Below, piece by piece: positions 1 to 9,539 of a stretch of 56,923 nucleotides of DNA (the first letter of the stretch is position 1; the number at the start of each line of letters is the position of its first letter). The notes under the pieces were generated by a model. It was not told the DNA's origin, did not search any database, and saw nothing but the letters and a program-made list of their open reading frames with translations. The translations under genes and the position numbers were made by a program. The DNA comes from Patescibacteria group bacterium. GTDB taxonomy: Bacteria; Patescibacteriota; Patescibacteriia; UBA2196; GWA2-42-15. The stretch covers positions 1 to 56,923 of the forward strand of contig JAKLID010000001.1 in the NCBI GenBank assembly GCA_022709795.1, read 5' to 3'.

Positions 1-2
1 GT

Positions 3-3000
3 AAGGGCGCCTGTCAGGGTGGCGGTACAACGGATACCGTTGATCCGGTCGTTAACACTTTTTCCCCCAGAGCCAGAAGTAATAGCGAACCAATAGTTTT
101 TGACTGGTCGGTTGGCGACAATAAGAGTTTGAACAACGTGGAATTATATTATACCGGAAATGTTTCTGACCAGTGTGATGGAAGTCAATGGACGCTGGTG
201 GCTGGACAGACAAAAGCTATTAGCGGCACGGCAGCAAGCGGTACGTTTTCAGATGCGCCAGCTAGCGGTGATTGGTGTTATGGCTTGCATGCGGTGGATA
301 CAGCTGGCAATATTGGCTACGAGCCGGAAGTTTTGAAATTATCTAAAACTAATACAATATTGCTTGATTCGCCGGCTCCTATCTTTGATTACATCGATGC
401 GACCTATCATACCTCTGTGACACTAGATGTTGCTTCCGCTGATAAGGGGGCTATCGTGATGATCGCTATTGATACAGAGGCAGTGACTGATGATGGTAGA
501 CCGCTTGGTCAGATTACTATTAATAAAATAACAAATCCAAATGGGGCCAAAGCAACAGAGAAAATTATTAAGGCTTATTCTTTTGGAGAATATTTGGCTT
601 GGTTTGCTCCGAAGATAAAAATTGTTTTAAATTACACGGACGCGGAAATAGAGGGAGTGGAAGAAAATAGTTTGTATGTTGGACTTCATGACGGCGCTGC
701 CTGGACAAAACAAGCTGGCGTCCTTGATAGGGCTAGTAATACCGTAACTTTGGAAGTAGAGCATTTTAGTGAGTATGCCCTGATAGGGAATTTAGCTGTT
801 TCCACAGATTGTAATGACAGTACTAAAGATAAAAATTGTTCTGTGAGTAAACCAAAATATTGTAAGAATGGAACTTTAGTAGATAAAGCATCTCTGTGTG
901 GTTGCCCGAGCGGGCAAGTGGTTAATGGAGAAGAATGTCAATTGATTAGTATTACTACCACACAAACTTGCGCTCAGAAAGGCGGGGTGGTTTGTGCCTC
1001 CACCAGCCAAACCTGTTCAACCGGGAGCTTTGTGGCGGCGAGCGATACTAATTATTGCTGTCAGGGAAGTTGCCAGACAAATAAACCCTTTTCTTTGATA
1101 ATTTTACCAGATACGCAAGAGTATAAAAGTTATCCAGAGATATTCAATTCACAGACAAAATGGATAAAGAATCATGCTGCAGACAATAATATAAAGTTTG
1201 TGCTTCATGAGGGCGATGTCACTGACAATGATGAAGATGAACAGTGGAACAAAGCGCAAACGGCAATGTCAATAATCGATGGGACTGTGCCATATGCAAT
1301 AGCTCAAGGTAACCATGATGGTGTGCCTAATAATTTAAGAAATACGACCAAACTGAATAGCTATTTTCCCAAATCAAAAGTGAATCCCGGCGGAACATTC
1401 GAATCAGGCAAAATTGACAATGCTTGGTATACTTTTAGCGCCGGTGGTAAAAATTGGCTGGTACTGGCTCTGGAATATTGCCCAAGAGATGAGGTGGTAG
1501 ATTGGGCCAATGAAGTGCTCTCCAGCCACCCAAATCATTGGGGAATAATGGTCACTCATACCTATCTCTTTGAAGATGGTACGCACCATGATACTAGCCA
1601 GCAATTTTCTTGCAAAGGACAATACTATACAGAAATACATAATGATGCCAATGAGGGCATCGAGCTCTGGAATGAATTTGTCAGCCAGCACAACAATATG
1701 ATCATGGTTTTTAATGGGCATCTACTTGGCAATCATGATACGGGTGCGGCGGCGAGATTGGTGAGTAATGGCAAGTATGGCAATAAGGTATATGAAATGC
1801 TGGCAAATTATCAAGAACTTCAGCCCAATGGCGGAAACGGATATTTCAGAATTGTAGAAATTGACACAGCAAAAAAGACCATTGGCGTAAAAACTTATTC
1901 ACCATACGCAAATGCTTTTTTAGAGGATGATGGAAATCAATTTAAATTTACTGGAGTTAATTTTGATTTGGAGCCCTCAGAAACCCTCAGCTCGCCCGCG
2001 GCTGTCAGTAATTATTTGGATTCTGCTAGTAAAACTACGGTGGCCTTAGATATATCTTCGGCGGACAAAGAAGTTTCCGTGATGGCAGCTGCTGAGACAG
2101 AGTTAACGACTGGCAATGGTGGGGCACTCAACAAAATCACTATTATAGAAAATACAAATCCCGCCAGTGCTAAGTCAACAGAAAAAATTATCAAGGCTTA
2201 TACTTTGGGAGAAAGCGGGGCGGAGTTTGATCCAGGTGTGGAAATTATCTTTACTTATACGGACGCGGAAATCGCCGGGGTGGCGGAAGACAGTTTGTAT
2301 ATCGGACTTTTGGAAAATAATACTTGGACAAAACAAGCCAGTATTCTTGACAAGGGAAGCAATACAGTGGCCCTGGAGGTAAATCATTTCAGTGACTATG
2401 CCTTGATAGGCGCGCTGGCGGCTGGCCAAGGTGGTAATGGCGCGACCACGGGAGGTGGTGGCACAACGGTGAGCTACAAAGCTGACTTTAACTGTGACAA
2501 TGAAGTAGGCATAAAAGATCTAGGCGGGATGATGTCTTGCTGGTTGTCGGCTTACAAAGACGGTTGCTATACAGCAGCACCAGATGGGTGCGACTATGAT
2601 ATGGATATCAATGTCCCTCCAGATGGTAAAATAACCGTAGCTGATCTGGCAGCATTATTGAGTTGCTGGGGAGACAAGGCGAGAACGAATACTACTTGCC
2701 ATAAAATCACAACACCTACCTGCACTGAGCAGGGAGGGACGAGCTGTGGGGCTGGACAAACCTGTTCGACGGGAGGCTTTGTGGCGGCAAGCGATAGCAA
2801 CACTTGTTGTCTTGGAACGTGCCAGGTACCTAGTACTACTTATCAGTGGTACTATTCAGAGTGGTCAACTTGCACTAATGGTATGCAGACCAGGACTGTT
2901 TATTGCCAGTCTCCGACTGGCGAACAAGTAGCTGACAGCTATTGCAACGGCGCTGGGACCAAACCAGCGACCAGCCAGATTTGCAATACCATTACTTATT

Positions 3001-6000
3001 CCTGGAAGTATTCAGAGTGGACCGAATGTATTAATGGTACAAAAACCAGGACAGCCGGCTGTTATAGCGGTAATCTTTTGGTCGATGATAGTTATTGTGC
3101 TAGTTTGACCAAAGAGATTTTGAGCCAAAGTTGTTCCATCCCAAAAACCTGCACTGAGCAGGGGGGGATAGCTTGCACCTCCAACCAGACTTGTTCGGCT
3201 GGCAGCTTTATAACAGCGAGTAATACTGATTATTGTTGTGTGGGGACGTGCCAAGATGCTGACGCCAGTTGTACTACCTTGACCCTGCCGGCGAGCTTAT
3301 TGACTCCTGGCAGTGACGTAATACCTTCTAGTTTTAATGTAAAACACCCAAGCGCGGTGACAGACAAGGATGGTAATATTCACTTGGTTTATGTTTTTGG
3401 CAAGGCCGGACCAGAGTGTCCCAAGGGTGTTTATTATCAAAAATACACTAAGTCCAGCAATAGCTGGTCAGCGCCAGAAGTGGTGACGGACACGAACAAA
3501 GGATATACTTCTTCGGGCACCGGGCAGTATGTCGAACTTTTATTGCCTTTAAGATTTAAACCAGAGATCGCGATTGATGATAATGACAACCTGCACTTGG
3601 TTTATGTTTTCGGCAATCCCAATGATTATAAAGATGATAACACTATTTATTATTCATACCGAGCCAAGGGCGCCAGCCAATGGGAAAAACCAGTGGTGAT
3701 ACATCTGAGCAATGATGCCAGAAATCCCGAAATTACTGCTTCTACGCAAAGTGTTTGGATTGCCACGCGATTGCGCAATCGCAGTGATAATACGGGTTGC
3801 GATGATGGCAGAAAATCATTGGCTTTATATAAGAAAAGTAATAGCCCCAGCGCAGCTTGGCAAGCTATTACCGTGCAAGATTGGGCGTGCATGAATTACT
3901 ACCCCAATACGGCCTCCCAGGGCGCTTTGAATTATGTTTATGTTTATTCCAGAGGCACCGGCGACTCCAAGGCCTGCAGTTATTTTAAATGCGAAAATTC
4001 TAGTTGTAGTGGACCAACACAACTGATGGATGCTTCTTGCTCAGAGCAAGGCGCTGGCATGGCATTAGACGGGTCAAATAATCCATACTTTGCCATAAGC
4101 GTGGGTGATACTAGTACGATAAAAATATTTAAGGCTGATAGCGAGTTACTAAGTTTGTCTGGCGAAAAAAATCAGGCCGTTATTAGTTCCGGCTTTGATG
4201 ATCAAAATAATTTTTATTTATTAACAACTGATACTCCTAGTCCGGAAAATGACATCAGTTTTGCTTATGATGAGACAAATTATCAAACCCAAAAATATGC
4301 AATCTTAAAAAAAGATTCTACCGGCAATTTGACAATCGGCACACCCTTAACGGCGGTTTCCAGCCAACCCAATAATACTATGGAAGGCACCTTGGCAGTG
4401 ACGAGCGATAATGCCATGGCAATCTGGATAGATTTGAAAGATGGTTATTTGCACTGGCGCTGGCTGAATGGCGCGCCACTCAACAAGGGTACCTCGCCTG
4501 TTTGCGGTAATGGGGCAGTAGAATCAGGCGAAACTTGCGATGGCTCGGCTGGCACGCCAGCCAATGCTACTTGTGCGGCGAATTGTCTGAGCTTTACTTG
4601 TAATGGCGGCTATCAGCTGAATACCGCGCGAACTGGTTGTGAGGTATCAGCAGCTCCAGCCTCGGCTGACAGCTCCTGCGAGAGTAAGGTGTCTGCTACA
4701 GTGAACGGCAATGAGTATTTTATCTCTCCGAGCGGCAATGATACTAATGGCGGGACCTTGAACGCGCCATTCAAAACTATCACCAAGGCGCTCTTGGCTG
4801 CCAATCCTGGTGATACAATAACTCTCCGGGGCGGAACCTATAAAGAAATAATAAATGCGGGTGGAACTGGCGGGCAGCCAGGAGAATATTTGTTGATTAG
4901 AAATTATCAGAATGAGGCAGCGATCATAGATGGCACTGGCTTGGGCGGTGAGGCTTGTCTCAATTTTATCAATTCATCATATGTAAAAATAAAGGGACTG
5001 AAAATCACTGGCTGCGATCGGAGTGGTATTATTATCGGGAACAATAGCTCGATTGATGAGGTCGAGGTTTATAATATTAATAAATCAACGACTCAGCGGG
5101 GCCGAGGCGTGGTGATCTCTGGTACGGCAAGCGCTAAAAAAACTGGGACAGAGTTGGTGAATTCCATTATTAGAGATAATCAGGGAACGCAGGGAACGAG
5201 TGGCGTTTATATTTGGGACGCGGATAGTTTGTGGCTGTGTGGCAATACAATTTATGGGAATAATGATGATGGAATAGACGGTCTGACCGGAGCGATAAAT
5301 TCAACTTTTGAAAATAATTATATTTATGACAACAAGGGCGATGGCTTGAAACTCGGACAATTTGGGAGTAATGGCAGCGCCGGAAACGAAGCCAAAAATA
5401 ATATGATAAAAAATAATATTTTTTATAACAATTCCAACGGACTCACGATTACTGGTTTTAATAACAAGATATATTATAATACCCTGGTGCGTGGCAATAC
5501 CAGAAGTAATACTTTTGTCTTGAGTGGCAAGGATAATATTATAAAAAATAACCTGATTGGCACGAGTGTTATGCTGGCCAATGACTTGGCCAACCAGACA
5601 CACAATCCGGCGAGTTTTCAGCTGGGTTATAATCTTTTTTACCCGACTGGCAATAGTATAACTTACGGAGAGAGTCTGAGCGCGGCAAAATTGATCTATG
5701 GCACGATGGGTGATCTGTGCTTTAATGAAAGTTTGGGCTGCAATTCGGTGGATGATGCGCTAGGCCTTGTTAATTCGGCCAATGGCGACTTTCGGCTGGC
5801 GGCTACTAGCCCGGCGATTGGCAAGGCAGACGGAACGGTTGGAATTAATAGAGATTATGCGGGGACGACCAGGCCGCAAGGGTCGAGCTATGATATTGGC
5901 GCTTATGAATATGTGAGTGGCCAAGTTTTGGGAGTGAAGATCCAAAAGGTTGATGAGCTGACAAAAAAACCAGTGGGGACATTGTTTTTAGCGCTGATTT

Positions 6001-6068
6001 TGGCCTTGAGCGCTTTGGCTTTAACCTGGCTTTGGGGGTTAAAGTTTTTACTTGGGGATAAAAAGTAA
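3..6068 (+). CDS. Giant secreted/cell-surface multidomain protein, 5' partial (reading frame open to the window edge)
   Basis: Frame 3 has no stop between nt 3 and the TTG at 129, so the N-terminus lies outside the window. Domains read from the translation: two duplicated ~145-aa modules; three Cys-rich motifs (TCxxxGGxxCxxxQTCSxGxFxxASxxxxCCxGxCQ); a calcineurin-like metallophosphoesterase (LPDTQEY, HEGDVTDN, QGNHDG, VTHTY, FNGHLLG); dockerin/EF-hand-like repeats (DFNCDNEVGIKD, NVPPDGKITVAD); two WSxC..TRT..C TSP1-like repeats; a propeller/BNR-like region (DKDGNIHLVYVF, DDNDNLHLVYVF); a CGNGxxExGExCD repeat; a right-handed beta-helix (NAPFKTITKALLAANPGDTITLRGGTY plus NNxIxxN repeats); and a C-terminal hydrophobic anchor LFLALILALSALALTWLWGL. 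Confidence 0.85.
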   Translation, partial: KGACQGGGTTDTVDPVVNTFSPRARSNSEPIVFDWSVGDNKSLNNVELYYTGNVSDQCDGSQWTLVAGQTKAISGTAASGTFSDAPASGDWCYGLHAVDTAGNIGYEPEVLKLSKTNTILLDSPAPIFDYIDATYHTSVTLDVASADKGAIVMIAIDTEAVTDDGRPLGQITINKITNPNGAKATEKIIKAYSFGEYLAWFAPKIKIVLNYTDAEIEGVEENSLYVGLHDGAAWTKQAGVLDRASNTVTLEVEHFSEYALIGNLAVSTDCNDSTKDKNCSVSKPKYCKNGTLVDKASLCGCPSGQVVNGEECQLISITTTQTCAQKGGVVCASTSQTCSTGSFVAASDTNYCCQGSCQTNKPFSLIILPDTQEYKSYPEIFNSQTKWIKNHAADNNIKFVLHEGDVTDNDEDEQWNKAQTAMSIIDGTVPYAIAQGNHDGVPNNLRNTTKLNSYFPKSKVNPGGTFESGKIDNAWYTFSAGGKNWLVLALEYCPRDEVVDWANEVLSSHPNHWGIMVTHTYLFEDGTHHDTSQQFSCKGQYYTEIHNDANEGIELWNEFVSQHNNMIMVFNGHLLGNHDTGAAARLVSNGKYGNKVYEMLANYQELQPNGGNGYFRIVEIDTAKKTIGVKTYSPYANAFLEDDGNQFKFTGVNFDLEPSETLSSPAAVSNYLDSASKTTVALDISSADKEVSVMAAAETELTTGNGGALNKITIIENTNPASAKSTEKIIKAYTLGESGAEFDPGVEIIFTYTDAEIAGVAEDSLYIGLLENNTWTKQASILDKGSNTVALEVNHFSDYALIGALAAGQGGNGATTGGGGTTVSYKADFNCDNEVGIKDLGGMMSCWLSAYKDGCYTAAPDGCDYDMDINVPPDGKITVADLAALLSCWGDKARTNTTCHKITTPTCTEQGGTSCGAGQTCSTGGFVAASDSNTCCLGTCQVPSTTYQWYYSEWSTCTNGMQTRTVYCQSPTGEQVADSYCNGAGTKPATSQICNTITYSWKYSEWTECINGTKTRTAGCYSGNLLVDDSYCASLTKEILSQSCSIPKTCTEQGGIACTSNQTCSAGSFITASNTDYCCVGTCQDADASCTTLTLPASLLTPGSDVIPSSFNVKHPSAVTDKDGNIHLVYVFGKAGPECPKGVYYQKYTKSSNSWSAPEVVTDTNKGYTSSGTGQYVELLLPLRFKPEIAIDDNDNLHLVYVFGNPNDYKDDNTIYYSYRAKGASQWEKPVVIHLSNDARNPEITASTQSVWIATRLRNRSDNTGCDDGRKSLALYKKSNSPSAAWQAITVQDWACMNYYPNTASQGALNYVYVYSRGTGDSKACSYFKCENSSCSGPTQLMDASCSEQGAGMALDGSNNPYFAISVGDTSTIKIFKADSELLSLSGEKNQAVISSGFDDQNNFYLLTTDTPSPENDISFAYDETNYQTQKYAILKKDSTGNLTIGTPLTAVSSQPNNTMEGTLAVTSDNAMAIWIDLKDGYLHWRWLNGAPLNKGTSPVCGNGAVESGETCDGSAGTPANATCAANCLSFTCNGGYQLNTARTGCEVSAAPASADSSCESKVSATVNGNEYFISPSGNDTNGGTLNAPFKTITKALLAANPGDTITLRGGTYKEIINAGGTGGQPGEYLLIRNYQNEAAIIDGTGLGGEACLNFINSSYVKIKGLKITGCDRSGIIIGNNSSIDEVEVYNINKSTTQRGRGVVISGTASAKKTGTELVNSIIRDNQGTQGTSGVYIWDADSLWLCGNTIYGNNDDGIDGLTGAINSTFENNYIYDNKGDGLKLGQFGSNGSAGNEAKNNMIKNNIFYNNSNGLTITGFNNKIYYNTLVRGNTRSNTFVLSGKDNIIKNNLIGTSVMLANDLANQTHNPASFQLGYNLFYPTGNSITYGESLSAAKLIYGTMGDLCFNESLGCNSVDDALGLVNSANGDFRLAATSPAIGKADGTVGINRDYAGTTRPQGSSYDIGAYEYVSGQVLGVKIQKVDELTKKPVGTLFLALILALSALALTWLWGLKFLLGDKK
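361..797 (+). repeat. Internal duplicated module, copy 1, within the giant surface protein gene
   Basis: The protein segment LLDSPAPIF...EKIIKAYSFGE...NYTDAEIEGVEENSLYVGL...TVTLEVEHFSEYALIGNLA matches copy 2. DNA stretches such as tacacggacgcggaaata and agtttgtatgttggactt recur nearly identically in copy 2. Confidence 0.8.
1987..2421 (+). repeat. Internal duplicated module, copy 2, within the giant surface protein gene
   Basis: LSSPAAVSNYL...EKIIKAYTLGE...TYTDAEIAGVAEDSLYIGL...TVALEVNHFSDYALIGALA is collinear with copy 1 at 361-797. Confidence 0.8.
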
Positions 6069-6180
6069 AAAAATTTACTGAGTTCAGTATCTTTAATCCC
6101 AACTTGATAGCTGTCGAGGCGGGATTTTTTGGCTAAAATAAGCCTAACTCTTTACAGTTAGGTTAAAAAATACTAAGCTA

Positions 6181-6621
6181 ATGGTAAGTTGTGGACATCA
6201 ATTAACCAATAACAATATGTTTGGTAAAAATCAAACCTTAGAAGATAATGGCTCCGGAGTGGATACAATTATCGGGCCATCAGTCAGCGTGGAGGGAAAT
6301 TTCAAAGGTGAGGGTAATATTATCGTGGAGGGAGAAATCAAGGGCAGCCTAAAAACTAAGGGCTATCTAAAGGCCTCGGAGAGCTCGGTAATCGTGGCTA
6401 GTGTGGTAGCTAATGAGGCGGAAATTGCCGGGCAGCTGGTCGGCAATATTAAGATTAAGGCTGGTTTGGAAATCAAGGCCACGGCGGTTATCCAGGGAGA
6501 TATTGAGGCGCAAACAATTGAGGTGGCCAACGGCGCGATTATTAATGGTAATATAAAAATGAAGATGGAGGCTGGAGAAAAGATGGTGGCCAACGGCGGC
6601 TCAGTTGAAGAGGAAAAATAA
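6181..6621 (+). CDS. Bactofilin family cytoskeletal protein
   Basis: The repetitive beta-helical pattern is typical of bactofilin/DUF583: SVSVEGNFKGEGNIIVEGEIKGSLKTKGYLKASESSVIVASVVANEAEIAGQLVGNIKIKAGLEIKATAVIQGDIEAQTIEVANGAIINGNIKM. An alternative ATG start lies at 6217. Confidence 0.85.
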   Translation: MVSCGHQLTNNNMFGKNQTLEDNGSGVDTIIGPSVSVEGNFKGEGNIIVEGEIKGSLKTKGYLKASESSVIVASVVANEAEIAGQLVGNIKIKAGLEIKATAVIQGDIEAQTIEVANGAIINGNIKMKMEAGEKMVANGGSVEEEK

Positions 6622-6646
6622 TTTTTAAGATACTAAAAACACCAGC

Positions 6647-7408
6647 ATGTATTGCTATATTTACGATATTTTCACCAATCAAAAGAAATATGAAAAGCAA
6701 CTCTTGAAAATAGAGTTGCTTTTGGCAGATTTGGGCATTGCCGGCAAAACTTATAAATTGAATGTCTTGAAAAATTTGGAGGGAGTGATCGCTGAGGCAG
6801 TGAATGAAGGTATAAAAACAATCGTGGCGGTCGGCAATGATCAAACAGTGAGTAAGATAGTCAATCTGATCATTGACCAGGGTCTAACCTTGGGTATTAT
6901 ACCAGTCGGTGAGAATAATCTGCTGGCTACGTCGCTTGGTATAAAATCTAGCGAGGAGGCCGGCCAAATATTGGCGGCCAGAAAAATCGGGCGCCTGGAC
7001 GTGGGAAAAATCAACGATCAATATTTTCTTCTGGGGCTAGAATCTGGTGATAGTAATATTGTTTTTGATTTAAAGGACTATAATATTCAACCCAGGGATA
7101 ATAATGGGGCGGTGGGCCTGTATAATATTAATATTAGTAATTATGAGTTTCGGGCTGATCCGGAAGACGGGATAATGGAAGCGGTTTTCGCCCCAAAAAA
7201 ACAGGTCTGGTGGCAAAATATTTGGCATAAAGAGGGGGCAAAACCGGAAAGAATCAGTGTTTTCCCGGTCAGAGGACTGATAATCAACCACCAGAAAAAA
7301 CCAATTACTATCAATGTTGACCGCCAAAGAACGATCAAAACGCCGGCGGTGGTAGAAGTATTAAAGAATAAATTAAGAGTAATTATCGGCAAAGAAAAGA
7401 GTAACTAA
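6647..7408 (+). CDS. Diacylglycerol-kinase catalytic-domain (YegS/BmrU-like) lipid kinase family protein
   Basis: IVAVGNDQTVSKIVNLI (a degenerate GGDGT motif) and LGIIPVGENNLLATSLGI match the DAGK_cat / NAD-kinase-like fold. Substrate is unknown. Confidence 0.65.
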   Translation: MYCYIYDIFTNQKKYEKQLLKIELLLADLGIAGKTYKLNVLKNLEGVIAEAVNEGIKTIVAVGNDQTVSKIVNLIIDQGLTLGIIPVGENNLLATSLGIKSSEEAGQILAARKIGRLDVGKINDQYFLLGLESGDSNIVFDLKDYNIQPRDNNGAVGLYNINISNYEFRADPEDGIMEAVFAPKKQVWWQNIWHKEGAKPERISVFPVRGLIINHQKKPITINVDRQRTIKTPAVVEVLKNKLRVIIGKEKSN

Positions 7409-7431
7409 AAATACCCCGAGTGGGGTATTTT
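7407..7431. terminator. Bidirectional intrinsic terminator between convergent genes
   Basis: AAAATACCCC-GAGT-GGGGTATTTT: a perfect stem flanked by an A-run and a T-run. Confidence 0.65.
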
Positions 7432-7451
7432 GAATTGTTAAACAAAAAGTC

Positions 7452-7757
7452 TTAAAGATTCTTTTCCGTGACCGGAAGGGTCTTTTTTTCTTTTTGGGTC
7501 AGTAAGCGGCTTTTGCGTTGGTTGGTAAAAGTATTATCAGAAACAATGATTTTATTTTTTTGAATATCAACTATTTGTCCGCGGTTGATAACCAGTTCAT
7601 TATTCAAAAGGCCGGAGATCAGATTGTGGGGGCGCACAAGATAATCAATAATACTCTGTGATTCAGTTTCAATATTAAAATCAACCAAATGGCCGATGGC
7701 CTCGCCTGACTCGGTAAAAACAGGGAGGTTAATTAAGTTTTTGCTGGTTTGTATCAT
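7452..7757 (-). CDS. PRC-barrel domain protein
   Basis: LINLPVFTESGEAIGHLVDFNIE...ELVINRGQIVDIQKNKIIVSD resembles YlmC/YmxH-type PRC barrels. The start was moved to the internal ATG at 7757, because the longer ORF to 7844 overlaps the yidC 3' end heavily. Confidence 0.65.
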   Translation of the reverse strand: MIQTSKNLINLPVFTESGEAIGHLVDFNIETESQSIIDYLVRPHNLISGLLNNELVINRGQIVDIQKNKIIVSDNTFTNQRKSRLLTQKEKKTLPVTEKNL

Positions 7758-8529
7758 TGTTTTTAATTTCTTTAATTTTGGCGGGCAAAGAGTCGGTTGG
7801 CACGACAACGGTTTGATTTTTGGGGAAATGCTTTTTGAAAACATAGAGTTGCTGCAAGGCGGTGAGTAGGGTACTCAGAAACCAATAGAAGGTCAGACCA
7901 GCAGGCAAGCTAATGCCAATCACAAAAGTGAAGATCGGCATAAAATAAAGGGTTTGTTTATTGAGAGCAGAGGTCAAATTCTCATCTTTGGCGCCGGCAA
8001 CTTTTGGCTGGCGCTTGGTGATCAACATGCTCGAGGCCCAATATTGAGCCAGGGCGGAGAGGGCGGCCAAGGGGATACTTTTGGCGGAGAAATCTAGAAA
8101 ACCAAAGGCTATGGCATTGATCTGACCGGGATTATAAACAAAAGAGTAGAGGGCGCTCAAGCTTTCCGGCTTGAGCCCATCGCGAAAAACATTATAAACC
8201 GCAATTAAAAAGGGGAGTTGAATCAAAAGGGGCAGACAAGAGGAGGCAGGGGAAATTTTTTCGGTTTTGTAAAGAGCCATTAATTCGCGGCCCATAATCT
8301 CTTGATTGCCTTTATATTTGGCTTTGAGGGCATCGACCTTGGGTTGGAGGTCTTGCAGTGATTTCTGGGCTTTGATTGATTTGACAGATAAGGGGTAGAG
8401 AATCAGTTTGATGAAAATAGTCATCAAAACCACGGCAATACCAATATCTTGAAAAGAAACGGTATTATAGAAAAAAACTAGGAGGTTAAAAAGCGGCTGA
8501 TAGATAAAAAGATGGTAAAGTTGAATCAT
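7729..8529 (-). CDS. yidC: Membrane protein insertase YidC (short form)
   Basis: Position in the rpmH-rnpA-yidD-yidC cluster. Multi-TM protein with motifs LYPLSVKSIKAQKSLQDLQPKV, ELMALYK...ISPASSCLPLLIQLPFLIAVY and PAGLTFYWFLSTLLTALQQ. Confidence 0.9.
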   Translation of the reverse strand: MIQLYHLFIYQPLFNLLVFFYNTVSFQDIGIAVVLMTIFIKLILYPLSVKSIKAQKSLQDLQPKVDALKAKYKGNQEIMGRELMALYKTEKISPASSCLPLLIQLPFLIAVYNVFRDGLKPESLSALYSFVYNPGQINAIAFGFLDFSAKSIPLAALSALAQYWASSMLITKRQPKVAGAKDENLTSALNKQTLYFMPIFTFVIGISLPAGLTFYWFLSTLLTALQQLYVFKKHFPKNQTVVVPTDSLPAKIKEIKNNDTNQQKLN

Positions 8530-8535
8530 AGTTGG

Positions 8536-8796
8536 TTATTTTATTGGATCATAACCGCCACGAGACCAAGGATGACAGTGGATAATCCGCTTAATTGATA
8601 GCAATAGGCCTTTAAACAGGCCATACTGCTCAAGCGCACTAATACTATAATTAGAGCAGGTGGGGTAGAAACGGCATTGGCCATGGGGTTTGACTAATTT
8701 ACCCCAGAAACTATGGTCAAAAGACAGGGTTTTTTGATAAATTTTTATAAAAAAAATGGCTAATCTACGTGGAAATAAATAAACTTTAGGGATCAT
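8536..8796 (-). CDS. yidD: Membrane protein insertion efficiency factor YidD
   Basis: CRFYPTCSNYSISALEQYGLFKGLLLSIKRIIHCHPWSRGGYDP is the YidD signature. A 4-nt overlap with rnpA is typical. Confidence 0.9.
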   Translation of the reverse strand: MIPKVYLFPRRLAIFFIKIYQKTLSFDHSFWGKLVKPHGQCRFYPTCSNYSISALEQYGLFKGLLLSIKRIIHCHPWSRGGYDPIK

Positions 8797-9146
8797 TTGG
8801 ACAGAGATTTAAAAATATGGGCTTGATTAAATAGAAATAACAGTTCTTGTTCTAACTCTTGATAATTTAAAACCAGTGAGGCAGGCTTGGTATTAATAAT
8901 AATATCTAAATTATCTTTAATATTAGCCAAATTTTTTCTAATAATGGTGCGGATTTGTCTTTTTAATAAATTCCTGGCTGTGGCTTTTTTGCTAATATTG
9001 GTGGAAATAATAATACCAAAACGAGTGGTTGGTCTGGCGGCCAAGGAAATCTTCAGATTAAAAAAGGGACTAAAATATGTTTGCCCTTTTTTAAAAACCA
9101 GATCATAATCTTTTTTAGTTCTCAGACGATTGTTTTTAGCCAACAT
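8793..9146 (-). CDS. rnpA: Ribonuclease P protein component
   Basis: Basic ~117-aa protein (NRLRTKKDYDLVFKKG, ATARNLLKRQIR) located immediately downstream of rpmH. Confidence 0.9.
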   Translation of the reverse strand: MLAKNNRLRTKKDYDLVFKKGQTYFSPFFNLKISLAARPTTRFGIIISTNISKKATARNLLKRQIRTIIRKNLANIKDNLDIIINTKPASLVLNYQELEQELLFLFNQAHIFKSLSK

Positions 9147-9171
9147 ATATTTTGGCTAATATTAAATAAAA

Positions 9172-9312
9172 TTAAACACTAAGCCTGGTTCTCTTCTTGT
9201 GGCGGCGGCGAGTAATGACTTTGGCGCCATTTTTGGTGGACATGCGGACCAAAAAGCCGTGAGTTTTAGCTCTCTTTCTTTTTTTGGGCTGATATGTTCT
9301 CTTGGTAGCCAT
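9172..9312 (-). CDS. rpmH: 50S ribosomal protein L34 (absent from the supplied ORF track, too short)
   Basis: Manual translation of the minus strand gives [46 protein letters not shown] followed by a stop. Confidence 0.92.
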   Translation of the reverse strand: MATKRTYQPKKRKRAKTHGFLVRMSTKNGAKVITRRRHKKRTRLSV

Positions 9313-9405
9313 AAATAGAGGATAATTTATAATTTAAAGCAAAAATCAATTTTAGAATAACACAAAAATTAAAACAAATCAAAGGGCAAAGATTTTAATA
9401 ACTTT

Positions 9406-9476
9406 TTATCAACATATACACCACAATATCCACACCTTGTACACTTTTTATTAATTTGCTGTGCCTTTGTGTATAA
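9406..9476. promoter_or_regulatory. DnaA-box-like sites in the rpmH/dnaA divergent intergenic region
   Basis: TTATCAACA (9406-9414), ATATCCACA (9426-9434) and TGTGTATAA (reverse complement TTATACACA, 9468-9476). Each differs from TTATCCACA at one position. Confidence 0.5.
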
Positions 9477-9539
9477 GTGTCGAATGTGCTATTATTGAGG
9501 TAGAAAAAATAAAAAAGATAAATAATTTCCTAGAAAAAT

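Noticed and set aside
1404-6102. Short ORFs on both strands inside the giant surface protein gene (for example 1404-1721, 2167-2382, 5301-5603 and 5845-6102).
   Set aside because: They are nested in a long ORF with multiple recognisable domains. They have no independent signals.
7758-7844. N-terminal extension of the PRC-barrel ORF, and likewise the 23098-23151 extension of res.
   Set aside because: The extensions overlap the 3' ends of yidC and mod respectively. Internal ATG codons (7757 and 23097) give compact, non-overlapping operon spacing.
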